Source of the DNA: the human T2T-CHM13v2.0 reference genome, Homo sapiens
DNA: 64,000 nt
Direction: 5' to 3' (one strand)
NCBI RefSeq assembly: GCF_009914755.1
Contig: NC_060926.1
Position 1 is the first letter of the stretch; every line of letters starts with the position of its first letter. The translations under genes were made by a program, and so were the position numbers. Below, piece after piece: positions 1 to 13,250 of the stretch. The notes below the pieces were generated by a model. That model did no database searches, was not told the origin of the DNA, and saw only the letters and a program-made list of their open reading frames with translations.

Positions 1-613
1 AGGAGTATAGAAATATGCTAAAGATATTTAATTGCTGAAAGTGTTCATACTATACCAGGCAAGGGCATGCTCATTCCAATCTTCTCCTAAATTTTCCTCT
101 GTATAACAAAATATGCCCCACATTCCATTGGACTTTTTTCCCTAAGCTAACATTATTAGAAATGTTTTCCCTAAGCTAACATTATTAGTCAGGGGTTCTT
201 TGCAAATAGAAGTAAATTAAGTCTACTTTTTATTCTTTGGCAACACATGATTATCTCCATAATTAGCACTAATGAATTACCCACATACGATTTTCTTTAA
301 TAGGAACCACATTGCCTTTCTCCCAAAAGCTTACTCTAGCGTTCAGTACTTGTCCCTTCAACTTTTGAAATCCACTGATAAATGCATTGAATGAGAGTTT
401 CAGAGTTTCTTCTCTGAGATTTCGCTTTTAGAAATCCATTAGCCAACTTCTCTGGCTTTTTTTTTTTCCTAGTATGTTTTAACTTCACAGAATATTCCTA
501 CTTCAGGAATTGATTATTATAAAAATATGTTCTCTTCACTATCGTGTATCTGGAGGAGGTTTGGGGTGGTGAGATTAAAGTTTAAATAATAATAGTTTTT
601 TTTTTTCTTACAG

Positions 614-743
614 GATTTAATTGTGATGGGGGCCCCAGGATCATCTTACTGGACTGGCTCTCTTTTTGTCTACAATATAACTACAAATAAATACAAGGCT
701 TTTTTAGACAAACAAAATCAAGTAAAATTTGGAAGTTATTTAG
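614..743 (+). CDS. ITGA4: ITGA4 exon 6 (beta-propeller, DLIVMGAPGSSYWTGSLFVY...GSYL)
   Basis: tacag|GAT...TTAG|gtact; 130 bp; translation matches integrin alpha-4 FG-GAP repeat. Confidence 0.97.
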
Positions 744-2074
744 GTACTATAAAAATTGACAAACTTAAATGATCTGTGCCTTACAAATACTAGTACTGTA
801 ATTATAAATAAGGAAAATGTATTTTCCAAAGATCTAAATGGCCAGTATAATTACAGTAATAATTAGGCAGTTCAGAAACTGTCTCTTAAGGATAGGATTT
901 ATGAAACTTCAGTGAACTCAGTATTTTACATTTACACATGTGACTAAAATCATCAATATATAATTCTTAATAGAACTCCTAGTTTAGTTTACTCTTTGTA
1001 GTTCACTTTAGGAAACACTAGTAAGTTTCTATCTCTATGTAGTCAACTGATTATACAGGTTGTTTCTGTTGAGTGCCTCCCATATCTCAGGAACTTTTTG
1101 TGAGAACTTTACATGAATTAACTCATTTAAACATCTGCGTAAGTAAGTATAGTTTCCTTAAGCACCAACTGAAAGCCAGTGGTACTGTCCACCACATTCT
1201 GGATGAGGGGCTCCATGAAGCACATGGGTCTAAAAACAGCTCATTGACCTTCACCTCATAAGTTCTTAGAATATTTCCCAGAGCTTAACTATTTTTATCA
1301 TCTTCCTCCTCCTCACTGTCATCTCATAAGTCAATAGTAGGATACTTTATCATCTGTATTTCAACAGAAATGCAAACTTTTCTGGCATTAATGTCCATTA
1401 CAAGAAAATAAATGCTTTTCCTATAGATTTTCAGAAAATCCAGCTTTGTTTAAACTGTATGTGTGTCAAATGTGAGCATCTTACACTCAGAAATAATTAT
1501 AAAATAAGCACTCTTTCTTTCTATTCAAACAGAAGAAATTTCAAGTAGAAGAATTTGTTACAATTCAATGTTTTCTTGTTTATGATGAAAGGATACTTTG
1601 AAATAGTTCAAGAAATATAACTTGTTACGCCTTTTATCACATAAAATACGAACAATTTTTTGTCATCGAAAAGTCATCACAAAGATTTGGTGGCAAAAAA
1701 AGTTGAACTTCAGCAAGATGTTTATTTAAAGTTTAAAGTTTTCATTTCCCAATTGAGATTTTATATTTAATATACTCTAAAATATGTCTGTTGTAATCCT
1801 AGAAACTGATTATACTGCACCAGATGTAAAGATGCTATTTTCAATTTCTAGGACTCGGAAATACATACCATATGACTGCAGTTTTGTAAAACATATCAAA
1901 ATTGCATAAAACATAATGAATGACCAATTTTGAGTATCTCTATGCTAAATATTCTTAACTGCTTAATGTAGTGATTTTGAATTCGGTATCATTTAATTTT
2001 ATGATCTATTTTACCCATATTACCATATGATGTACTTTACCCAGGACTCTCATACTTTCTCCCTTTTCTTAAAG

Positions 2075-2160
2075 GATATTCAGTCGGAGCTGGTCATTTT
2101 CGGAGCCAGCATACTACCGAAGTAGTCGGAGGAGCTCCTCAACATGAGCAGATTGGTAAG
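2075..2160 (+). CDS. ITGA4: ITGA4 exon 7 (GYSVGAGHFRSQHTTEVVGGAPQHEQIGK)
   Basis: aaag|GA...AAG|gtaaga; 86 bp; phase consistent. Confidence 0.97.
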
Positions 2161-2836
2161 GTAAGAATTACATTTTTATATTTATTTCTTCACAAAGGTT
2201 CAAATATATTGCATGAATAAGATATTAAAGGAGAAACTGTGAATGTTGTAAGGAAAGAAAGATTAGAAATGATGAACAGATTATTACATTTAGTGGAATT
2301 GGTGAAAGATGTTATGGTTTTAGAAGAAATTTAGCAAAAAACTTTCTGAAAAATTACAAAAGTCAAACGAGACATTGTTTTAAGAAAATTATAAGATAGA
2401 ACTATCTAAAAATGTCCAGGGAGTATATGGTGAACAGTTTCACAGCTGAAAAGAAGTTGAGGTAGCTACATATTTTGTAGTAAGACTAGAAAGAAGGAAA
2501 TATTATTCCTGGTTTTAGTTTTTGCTGTGTCGCTATGTGAACATTGGTCACCCAGCTTTTCTGAGCCTTACTTTTGAAAACTGAGGCAAACAACACTTCC
2601 GGTGCCCCCTCTATAGGATCAATAAGATAATTCCTGAGAAAATACTTTTGCAAGTAAGGCATATTAATGTAACAGTGGATCCCAAACCCTTTTGTGTCAC
2701 TCTTAACAGGATTTATTTTTATATTTGAGCAATTAACTGCAAGTTGTAAAAATTCATGTTTTGATCAAACAGAAAGGAGTGGTGTTTTAAAAAATGTTAT
2801 TCCTAAAAACTTTTCTAATTCTTTCCCTAATTACAG

Positions 2837-2899
2837 GCATATATATTCAGCATTGATGAAAAAGAACTAAATATCTTACATGAAATGAAAGGTAAAAAG
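2837..2899 (+). CDS. ITGA4: ITGA4 exon 8 (AYIFSIDEKELNILHEMKGKK)
   Basis: tacag|GCA...AAG|gtaat; 63 bp. Confidence 0.97.
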
Positions 2900-2990
2900 G
2901 TAATATGTCTCTACCTTTAGTATCTCTGTGGGCTTTTGCGAGTAACCCTGCTTTTTTCTCAATGAGTGGATCTGGTTTGTTTTGGGACAG

Positions 2991-3128
2991 CTTGGATCGT
3001 ACTTTGGAGCTTCTGTCTGTGCTGTGGACCTCAATGCAGATGGCTTCTCAGATCTGCTCGTGGGAGCACCCATGCAGAGCACCATCAGAGAGGAAGGAAG
3101 AGTGTTTGTGTACATCAACTCTGGCTCG
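2991..3128 (+). CDS. ITGA4: ITGA4 exon 9 (LGSYFGASVCAVDLNADGFSDLLVGAPM...NSGS; Ca-binding DxNxDGxxD)
   Basis: acag|CTT...TCG|gtatgt; 138 bp; seen in ORF 2982..3233; preceding intron only 91 bp. Confidence 0.98.
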
Positions 3129-4529
3129 GTATGTCCAAGTGCCCCAACTGGAAGCCATTTATGGAATTATGATCAAAACTCAAATTGGTCTTATTCCAGA
3201 GATCTGAGATTGTTTTCAGGTTTCTTTTATTGACAAAAGTTAAAATTCTAATACTGTACTGATGCTCTAAAAATTAAATGGAATATGATGATGAATGGGA
3301 AAGTTTCCCATTTTGATATTCCAGAACAATCTATGAAATAGATTGTTAGGGAGTTTCTCTGTTCACAGCTTGTATGTGTTCACTCTGGTAGCTGAAATTT
3401 CTTTCAGTTTTATGTTGATACTAATCTAATTTGAAAGAATAATTTTCATACCTCCTTCAAAATGTAGATTTCTTAATAGTTCTAGTTAAGGTCCTTATAT
3501 AAATTATAAAATATTACTAGGACTAGAAGATGAAGAATTAAGTATTTTCAATTTCTTAATTTGAAAACAATTAGAAACAAGATGTGTTTTGTTAAAACAT
3601 TAATTTTCATAATTCATATATATTATGCTCTTGATAAGAATATAAAATTGGCAAGGTTTATTCCACAGTGGATATATTAGTTGCATAAATAGGTAATTAC
3701 TGACTGTGATTCAATTTTAAATTATTAGTGATAATTTGTGGTAGAAACTGACCACTTGATAATTCAAAGACTTCTGGCCTTATCTTGCCAGCCTAGATTC
3801 TTGGCGTTAAGTCAAAACAAAAAATTGGTGGAGTCTTAATGAAATCTTCTTGGCCCGTTCTTTGATTTGAAAACAAGAGTGGGCTTGTGAGAAGACCAGT
3901 TCATTTATAATGGCATAGCATTTTTCAGTCAGGATTCAACAAAGTGGACTCTGTTTCAAGAAAGTATTTGTAACTATGTTCAGTCAATGGTTTCAGAGCA
4001 TTTAGCAAGTTCTTATATTAAGCATCAGACTAAACTCTACAATTTAAGAAAGAAAACATCTAGTCTCATAAATGGAAGATTCTCTAAGTTTGCAATATAG
4101 AGCAGGGAAGTTATTTATGCTTTGGTATTTCCTACACTGTATTTAACCTACATTTAATAGTAAAAGCAAATTATCTACACAGTGATCATTAAATCTCATA
4201 GTAGTAATATCAGATAATTTTCTTCCATTTCTATCTCCAAAAATAGTGGTCTTTGTACTTGCTACATCCTCGTGCTGCAAATTTCTCTTATTTTCCTCTT
4301 TACGACTAAACATCCACATGTATACCTAAAGTAAAGCAATATAGAATCATTTTCCCCCATTGAAATCTTAATCTCATTAAGAAAAAACAGATAAACCCTT
4401 CTACCCACTTGGCTACCCTCCTTTTCTTCCCTCATGCCTACCCTGAGGCACTACTCTTATGAAACACTTGGATTAAATTAATAATTGATTCCAGCTTTTA
4501 AATCCTCTGATGTAGATTAGTCTTCCTTT

Positions 4530-4735
4530 GTTCCATCTAACCTCTCATTTCTCAACTCTGAAATGGCACTAACCACTAAGTGGCATTTATTTACATTGAT
4601 TTGATTTGGTATTGTCTGTTCTTCTACTGTAGTATAGATGCCTTGTGGAGAGAGATTGTCTGTCTTGTTTACCGTGGTTTCATCAGGGCTTGGAAGAGTC
4701 CTAGACAAGTAGGTGAAATTGTTTTTGAATGAACT
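4530..4735 (+). mobile_element. L2 3'-end fragment
   Basis: ttgtctgtcttgtttacc...gtagg...ttgaatgaa, typical of the L2 terminus. Confidence 0.6.
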
Positions 4736-6358
4736 CAAGAAAGAATGATACTTGAGTGACTGGCTTCTGCCTACTTGTACTAAAATAGCTCTCAGGGGTT
4801 CCTAGCGAACTCTCAGTCACCACTCTCTGTGACTAGGGAATACTTGAAGAAGAGTGATCACCTCTTCCTATTGAAACTCTCCTTCCAGAACTTCAGAGCC
4901 ATTGCATTGTCTTAAGTCTATACCTTGTCTGTTCTCCCTGGAGCCTTTTCACCCTTCCACTCCTTAATTTGGACATTTGCCCAGGAGCCAAGCTGTTTTA
5001 TCCCTGACTCCTTTGAATCAATCATTCACTGCTTCAGTGTCAGTGATTATATTTATAAAGATGATTCCCAGTCATCTTAGTTCATTTAAAATAAAATAAA
5101 TGACATTTAGTGAGTATCTGAAATGTAACCAGGACTATAAAAAGAGCTAATAATCTTAGAGCTGACCCCAGGACTTCAGGATCTTTGTGAAGACACCAAT
5201 GGGAGTAAACAATTGACTACAACATGGTACATGGCACATTATAAGTACATACAAAGTGGAAGAAGTGATTCCCTTTGGGTCAAGAAGCTTTTACAGAGGA
5301 AGTAGTGTTTGAGAAAGACAAAAATCAGAATTTTTCTATTGGAAAATTCACAAGTGAAGACACTTGACAAAGAGCATGTGTATGCTTAAGAGGTGCCAAG
5401 TAAATTTGAGAAGAATAAAGGACATGGCCTTTTTTTCTTTTTAATACAAAAGACTGACATGATCAAAGTTTCAGAAGAGAACTGGTAGCTGTTATTGCAA
5501 CAGCCCATTATTACATTATTGAATGTCTTATTGTAGTAACTCATCTTCCTCCTTCCTAGTTATCAGTTGACTAATCTATGCTCCACTGCTGCTGGTTCCA
5601 AAGGCCAGCTTCAATCATGTCACTCCTCAACTCAGAAACCTTCAGTGTTTAGTATTATTCCCTAAATTAAGAGTAAATTTTCCTCGACAATCAAGACGCT
5701 ACACTATAAGACTGCAATCTGACATTTTTGTCTCATTCATTATACATACCATTCATTAGAGCCAAATTCTTTGGAATTTGTTTTGCTGCTAGTTTTCTCT
5801 GTATATCAAAATTATGCTTATCCTTCAATAGCCTCCAGGCATGCCATTTCCTTTATGAAATGTCTTCTGTTATAATTAGATTTTTTTTTTTTTGCATCTC
5901 GATATTGTAAAGCAGTTTCTACTTCTCAGTCATTTATATGCTTGTGCTAAGCCTTCCCTATAACTGTGGGCTTATTGAAGAAAGGGAATGTGTTTTGTGC
6001 ACACACTGCCTTGCCCCTTTTCACCTTTTCGCTCTTTGCACAGTGTGTTGTCTTTAGTAGAGGCTCAATAAATATTTGCTAAATTGAATTATCAAAATGA
6101 TTTATTGGATTTTCAAAGCTAGAGATCATGAGTTTGACAATTTTTTATGTCCTCTGAGGTCTAATCATACTATTATGTGTTGACAGACTCAATAAATGTT
6201 TATTGAATTGAACTGAGATGTGTGTACTAAAGCTCAGTCTGTAGTTTGTCCAACTTGTTTGACACATTAGAAAAAATCCATATCCAATTACAACAGTAAA
6301 TCGTGTAAAGTTGTCAGGGAGTGTTATAATGACACGTTTTCTCTCCCTTTCTATCTAG

Positions 6359-6470
6359 GGAGCAGTAATGAATGCAATGGAAACAAACCTCGTTGGAAGT
6401 GACAAATATGCTGCAAGATTTGGGGAATCTATAGTTAATCTTGGCGACATTGACAATGATGGCTTTGAAG
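6359..6470 (+). CDS. ITGA4: ITGA4 exon 10 (GAVMNAMETNLVGSDKYAARFGESIVNLGDIDNDGFE)
   Basis: ctag|GGA...GAAG|gtaatt; 112 bp. Confidence 0.97.
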
Positions 6471-9032
6471 GTAATTAAAATTATCAAATTGGTGCTTGAT
6501 TTCTGCTTTTAAAATGGTTTATGGAAGAAAATATGATTAAAGTTTTGTATTGTTTTCCTTCCTATAGAAGATGGAGCCAGAATGGCATGCTAAGTTTTTT
6601 CTTTTCTTTAGTGTTATATATGACTTCTCCTCAATTGTCACCCATTGATCTTTACCACTGTTAATAATGGATGATATTCAAAATACCTTATTTCAGTGAT
6701 TCTAAGGCACCATTGATTAGAAACTGCATTATTATTTATGTGTCCCTAAAAGCTACCTATTAAGCTGTTACACCCACCATTTTTCTGTTAAGGAAGATCC
6801 TGATTTCAGAAATAATAAAATATGGGCAGGAAATGTGTTATCATAGACTCATTGGACCACGGTATTTAACTATCAGTACAATAAAGACACTGACCAAACC
6901 CAACAGAGGCTGGCTGCAGAGCTGGAGCAGGGTTTTGGAAGCCCCTGCTCTGCCAGGCATTCCCTACAGCTATGTTGTGGAGGATCTGGGGAATTCAAGA
7001 AGAGATTCTGAGCAGGCCACTGGGAGGCCTGGGGACAGTGGCTGTTTACCCACTGATATTGAAGTTTTTTATTAATTGAATAGATGGTAGTGTGGTAACT
7101 GTTCATATTGCCATGGATGTCAGTCCTGTTGTTGAAATCCCTGCATCTACTAGCATTTACTGTTAAAAATTTGCTTTTATCAATCTAGTTCTAAGTGGTA
7201 AGTAACTGAGTCTGTTAAAACTGTGCATAAAATGGTGAATAGGTTTAAGAGGAGAGTGTGCAGTTTCATGGAGTTCAGCACATAAGTATTTGATACTTAT
7301 TTTTAGGGTTCATAATTGTCTTCTTGATAAGGCCATTGGCAATTAGTATACGGTAGTTTTAGGCTAAAGCTTTCTCAGAGATTAAAGTGCTGGGGTACTA
7401 TAAATTCTCATCTCCTTAATGTCTTCTTGTACCTAGATACCACAATCTACTTTAAATATATAAAATGCATTATTCTACATAAAAAGTCAGTTATTGAATA
7501 CATGCTTCCAGTGAACCTTCTTAAACGTAAGATAGTGTAACTTGTTATACAAGTATTACTGTTCTGGATTTTTTGTTTACTATTTTAAAACTGAAAGAAA
7601 AAAATAGGTGTATATACTTTTGGTTATTACGATTACACATAATTTTTTTAAAAAACATGTATGAATGGGAGCCTCTCTGTACCCCACCCATCACTAGCTT
7701 CCCCCTACTTCCCTTACCCTCCCAGGACCCCAGGTTGGGCATTGGCTCATTTTCATAAATAACCTCATCCCAGACAGGGGTGAGGGAAGGTGTTGTGGCT
7801 GTTTTGTTTAAATTGGAGCTGTAAGAGGGATCATGTCATATTTTATGCCCTTCCTAGAAAGGGGACGGGACACCTGGTTTGCATTCCTGTATTGACCACT
7901 GCTGCCGTCACTCGTCACATTGAGTTCACATCTCCTGAGAGTTTGTATAAATTCAGGTCAGCGCTGCTCCTATGCAGCCATCCAGTGTCATAGAAAAGCA
8001 ATTCACTGATAACTGATCTCTCCATTCAGAAGTGTGCAGTTTTAATGTATAGCAATAAGAAATTGTTATTTATCTATTACAAGCCTGGTTTGATTAAAAA
8101 CAAAAAATAAAATGTTATTATGCTTGATGTTACATCTCATAAGTAACCAGCAATTCTGTGATATTTATTGAACATTTATTTTGGGTCAGATGTACCATAC
8201 CAGGTACAGAATATGTGCCATAATAAATGAAAATGAAGAAAATAGTGGCACCCTTTTTTATAGCTCTACCATCAAGTAGAAAATAAAATTAATACTTGAA
8301 AACATAAGCCTTATTTCGCGGCAAGTTTAAGGGTTCTACCTAATAAAGACCTATGGATAAAACCATGTTTATGCATTTTGATTTGTCATGTGTGTTGTAT
8401 GAGACAACCCAATTCTTTCTTTTAAAAACACAAAATCACTGTTTAGTAAAACACTTATTTTGTCTATGATTTCTCTGTCTTGTTTTAATTGACACATTTA
8501 AAGAAGACCATTCACTATTTTTACTCTTTTGAATGTGAAAAGTATATGTATGTACACATGAGAAATTATTTTTGTGGCATCAAAATGTCAATGACAAATT
8601 TGAATTATTGTTAGAGCTGTAAAACTGTTGTGAGCATAGGCAAATTCCCTTATCAAAATTACTCTATACCTGGGAAAAGCCCAAGTAATTTTCCAGTGGT
8701 GTGAAGGACAGAGAGTGTTCGGTCGATGAGACTTAGGAAGAGGACTTCGGAGGTGACTTTCAGGGGACAGTGCAGTCTCTCAATTTGTATATGAGACCCT
8801 GGGCTTCACACAGCTCTTGTTTCACTGAAATCCCTCAGCACTCCACTCCTAAAGGTAATACCTTTATGTCTGGAAGGTTATTATGCAAATGATTTTTTAA
8901 AATATTCCTGCATATTTTTGTGCTATTTATAATGTCATTTATAATTCACCGCATATTTACATTTAGTGGCTACATTAACACTTCAGTGAGTGTTTATAAT
9001 GCCATATATCTTTTTCTACTTGGTCCAGTTCT

Positions 9033-9335
9033 TTTTTTATTTTATTTTTTTTTTGAGATGGAGTCTCGCTGTGTCACCCAGGCCAGAGTGCAGTGGCATG
9101 ATCTGGGCTCACTGCAAGCTCTGACTCCCGGGTTCATGCCATTCTCCTGCCTCAGCCTCCCGAGTAGCTGGGACTACAGGCACCCGCCACCACCCCCGCT
9201 AATTTTTTTGTGTTTTTAGTAGAGACGGGGTTTCACTGTGTTAACCAGGATGGTCTCTATCTCCTGACCTTGTGATCTGCCCGCCTTGGCCTCCAAAAAT
9301 GCTGGGATTACAGGCATGAGCCACTGCACCCAGCC
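9033..9335 (-). mobile_element. Full-length Alu (AluY-like), antisense to ITGA4
   Basis: Alu consensus with gcaagctc/ccattctcc diagnostics; TSD TCCAGTTCT at 9024-9032 and 9337-9345. Confidence 0.95.
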
Positions 9336-10129
9336 CTCCAGTTCTAATTTTATCTTCTATTTTGCCCATGAGTAGGCGTTTTCTATATTTTAGATATTAG
9401 CAAGACCATTGCTGATGTGGAAACAGGGCCAGTGTGTCCTAGTTCTTGGCTGAGGTCTTTTATTCCATTCCACCATGTCTGCCTGCATGAGGCAGCAGGA
9501 ATTTACAAGTTATTTTTCTTTATGTGTTTCTTTATTACTTTGCCCCATCTTCTCTTATTTTATTTTTCTGGGGTGGATGGGTAAAGATACTTTGTGTTCA
9601 TGGCAAGAAGTGTAGGATTATGAAGAAAGAGACTCCAACATTGGATGCAAATCACACTTAATGTCTTTTTATTATGCAAATTTTTGTGGTACTTTGCATA
9701 GCAAACCTAAGTTATCTTGGCATTTGTCATATCACTTTTCAATTGTTCTCAAATGGAAAAAAAATCAGACTCTATTTCCTGTGTCCTTAGAAAAGCAACA
9801 CAAGCCATTTTCTAAAAAGATGACCAATTGATTTGGCAAAAATTTAGTGTAAAACTCATCAAAAGCATGAAAAAAATTGGTCAGACAGACTAATGTACCT
9901 GACATGACCAACAGCAGATCACATTTTTTATTTCATATGTAAAATAGACTTGACCACTATTTATCGGTTTAGTTTCTTTTTTCACCTTGAGCCTTATTAT
10001 CTGACTTTTAGACTATATGTTTATTTTTAGAGCAGAACCATAACAAGTTCTACAATTGTAAATTACAAGCTGTACTATTATTTTGTGTGCACCTGAAATA
10101 TTAATATATCGTCAAATCATTAAGTGAGC

Positions 10130-10956
10130 ACTTCTGTTTTATTTGTTTATAGGGTACAAGTGAAATTTTGTTACATGCATCGATTACATAGCGATCAAGT
10201 CAGAGCTTGTGGGTATCCATCATCCAAATAACATACATTTTTACCCATTAAGTAATTTCTCATCATCCACCCCACACAACCTCTTTCCCTTCTGAGTCTT
10301 CATTGTCTATCAAAATGTAGCAGGACGAGCCACAGACAAAACTCTTCGGACGCCGAGTTAAAGAAGGAAGGGGTTTATTTGGTGGGGGGCATCGGCAAGA
10401 CTCCTGTCTCAAGAGCCGAGCTCCCCAAGTGAGCAATTCTGTCCCTTTTAAGGGCTCACAACTCTAAGGGGGTGCACGTGAGAGGGTCGTGATTGATTGA
10501 GCAAGCAGGGGGTACGTGACTGGGGGCTGCATGCACCGGTAATTAGATCGGAACAAAACAGGATAGGGATTTTCACAGTGCTTTTCTATACAATGTCTGT
10601 AATCTATAGATAACATAACCGATTAGGTCGGGGTCGATCTATAACTACCAGGCCCAGGATGTGGGGCCAGGCTGTCTGCTTGTGGATTTCATTTCTGCCT
10701 TTTAGTTTTTACTTTTTCTTTCTTTGGAGGCAGAAATTGGGCATAAGTCAATATGAGGGGTGGTCTCCTCCTCTAATTCTACTTTATACATCCATGTGAA
10801 CACATTTTTAAAGCACTGATTTATGAGTAAGAGCATGTGTTATTTTACTTTCTGTGCCTGGCTTGTTTCATTTAAGATAATGACATCCCCCACCAGTTCC
10901 ATCCCTGTTGCTGCAGAATACATGATTTCATTTTTTTTTTTATGGCTGAATAGTAT

Positions 10957-10958
<2 letters not shown>
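10130..10958 (-). mobile_element. Old L1 (L1MA-like) 3' fragment interrupted by LTR2
   Basis: L1 3'UTR-type sequence at 10130-10315 resumes at 10776-10958 (agttccatcc..gttgctgca..catgatttcattttt..atggctgaatagtatt). Confidence 0.75.
10316..10775 (-). mobile_element. Solo ERV1 LTR, LTR2 (HERV-E) type
   Basis: Minus strand reads ...GGAGGAGACCACCCCTCATATTG...AATAAACCCCTTCCTTC...GTCCTGCTACA; ~460 bp; matches recalled LTR2 consensus. Confidence 0.85.

Positions 10959-10996
<38 letters not shown>
10959..10996. repeat. (GT)19 microsatellite
   Basis: Directly visible perfect dinucleotide run. Confidence 0.98.
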
Positions 10997-10997
<1 letters not shown>

Positions 10998-11089
10998 TGT
11001 GAGAGAGAACCTCTTTGACACAGAACAGGAATTGGTATTAGGAAGGGAAATTTGGGGGTATGACCTCTGTTGTTAATGAGTCTATAGAG

Positions 11090-11320
11090 CATGGGAATAG
11101 CACAGGATCTGGACCAGGCTGCAGGGTTTAAATCCCAGGTCCACAACATCCTGGCTCTGTCACCTTGAGCAGGTTATACCTTGTGCCTCAGTTTCCTCAT
11201 CTGTAAAGTTGGAGTCAGAGTATTTATTTAATATGGTGGTTGTGAGAGTTACTTGGGTAAATCTGCACAAAGTCCATATCACAGTGCCTACATTGTAAAC
11301 ATAGTATAAGTGTTGGCTGA
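11090..11320 (+). mobile_element. MIR SINE
   Basis: MIR core: gtcaccttgagcagg...gcctcagtttcctcatctgtaaa. Confidence 0.8.
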
Positions 11321-13019
11321 CATACTAATAATTTTGATTTATACTAAAAGAATGAAATAAAATGTTCAGATAAGAAGTAAAAGCAATCATTAAATACCTA
11401 TGTTCTGTATATTGTGTCCCAAATTAAGTTGCATAGGCTTGGAAAACATTTATTGTATATATTTCAAAACATATCTTTCTCATTTGAATAATGATAGCTA
11501 GAACTTTATTATATAACAGATCCAAGCGTAATCCAGGAAGAGTCTGAATCTATATATGTGATAGCCAGAGATTGAATATACCCAAGTGTCCTCCGTATGG
11601 AAAAAAATTTATCTGGGCCTTTTTAATATTTTGGCTGAAAAGGCTCATCTGTATTTTTCCTAAATATTTGCCTTAATCTAGATCACTCTTGCTAATAACA
11701 GGTACTGTAAGAATTACATCAACCACTTCACTACCAAGGCTTGTTATTTTTTTCATGTGTTATGAAGAATCAATATATAGGAAATTCTAGAGATGTAACC
11801 ACAGTGGTGGAAGTATAAACCCAGCCCTGATTAAATAAATTGCTGTCTTCCCTTCAATGGCTATAAAATACTTTTCCCCACTCCTTCTTCTCACATCCCT
11901 CTTCTCCTCCTCCTCCTCTTTCTCTTCCTTACCATTCCTGCTCCTCTGTTCCTGTATGTATATATTCTGCACAAATCTGACTCCAGTTATTCCAAACCAA
12001 TTGCCATTCTTCACATGTGCCATGCTGCCTATTGCTTCCCTGCCCTTGCACAGGCATTTCCCTGCCTCTAAATTGCATTTCCCCTTTTCTTCACCTGTCT
12101 ATGACCTATGGATACTTTAATCTCATCTTGGGCATCATTTTCTATGAGAAGCCTTTTCTAATTTCCACCACTTCCTCCTCATATGCTGTGTTATTAGTCT
12201 ATTCTTACTTGCCATTCCTCCCCACTAGACAATGAGTTTCCTATTGTGATACTGCCCTGTTTTGCCAGCTCCTGGCAATTGCCTGGAATATAGTAGGTGC
12301 TCACTAGCTGTCCGATGAATGAATAAATGAGTGGGCATATTTGTATATGAAAGTTTGAAAAACTTTGTACAAGTCAAAAGAGGCTAGCCTTTGTATGTCT
12401 AAACAAAGTAAATATAGGTGTCTACCATTTCTTTTTAACTGAAAATAGAAAAGCTTTTGCATTTTTAAAATTTTACATTGTTTAGCATGGAGTTATATAT
12501 CAAAGATATTTTTATCCTCATTGAAATAGTAGCCAAAAATTACCACTATAGTTGATAAAATGATTTTCAATTTGATGGTAATAAGTAATATCATGAAGAC
12601 AAACTACTTTAGGTTTCTATTAAATAAACCATTGCATATAAGTAAATATATGCATAAATAGACAATACTTGGTAAAATAATGAAATGCTCTTGCAACTGT
12701 AGAAATTATTTTTCTCCTTTGTGCTATATATTTATAGCATTTAAGCAACCATGTCATTTACTCAGGTTTTCTTATATTAGTTGATCAGATCTTTTTTCCC
12801 TTGGTATCATAGTCTGACATAATTATCAATAATACAGAAAGGTGATATAATCATTATTTTACAGAACAAATCCTTTTTCTGAAATCCTGTGTGTCTGTGT
12901 GTGCAGATATCTCTAACAGATACCTTAATCATTTTCATTGGAATAGGAATTAAAAGTCATTTTGCAAATAAGGTAAGTCTAGACTCCCAAAATAAAAATT
13001 CTTATGATCAAATATTCAT

Positions 13020-13250
13020 AGATTATGAGGTTATTACATGCGAGGCACTGCTCTAAGCACTTTACATAGGTCATATCCTTTTATGCTGAGAGTGGTTTTT
13101 ATTATGATCCCATTATATAGGTGAGGGAATTGAAACACAGATTAAGAAATGGGCCCAGCCTAGTGTGGCAGTGCCCAGTGGCAGAGCTCGGATCAGACCC
13201 CAGTGGTCTGGCTGTAGAGCCCGCGCTCTAATCATTTTGTTACACTGCCT
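13020..13250 (-). mobile_element. MIR SINE
   Basis: ggcactgctctaagcactttacata...cccattatataggtgagggaattgaaacacaga. Confidence 0.75.

Noticed and set aside
2876-3207. Alternative-frame and antisense ORFs over exons 8-9
   Set aside because: Shadows of real coding sequence with no independent support.
10308-10782. Target-site duplication for the LTR2
   Set aside because: Flanks (caaaa / attct) do not give a clean 4-bp match, so no TSD is claimed.
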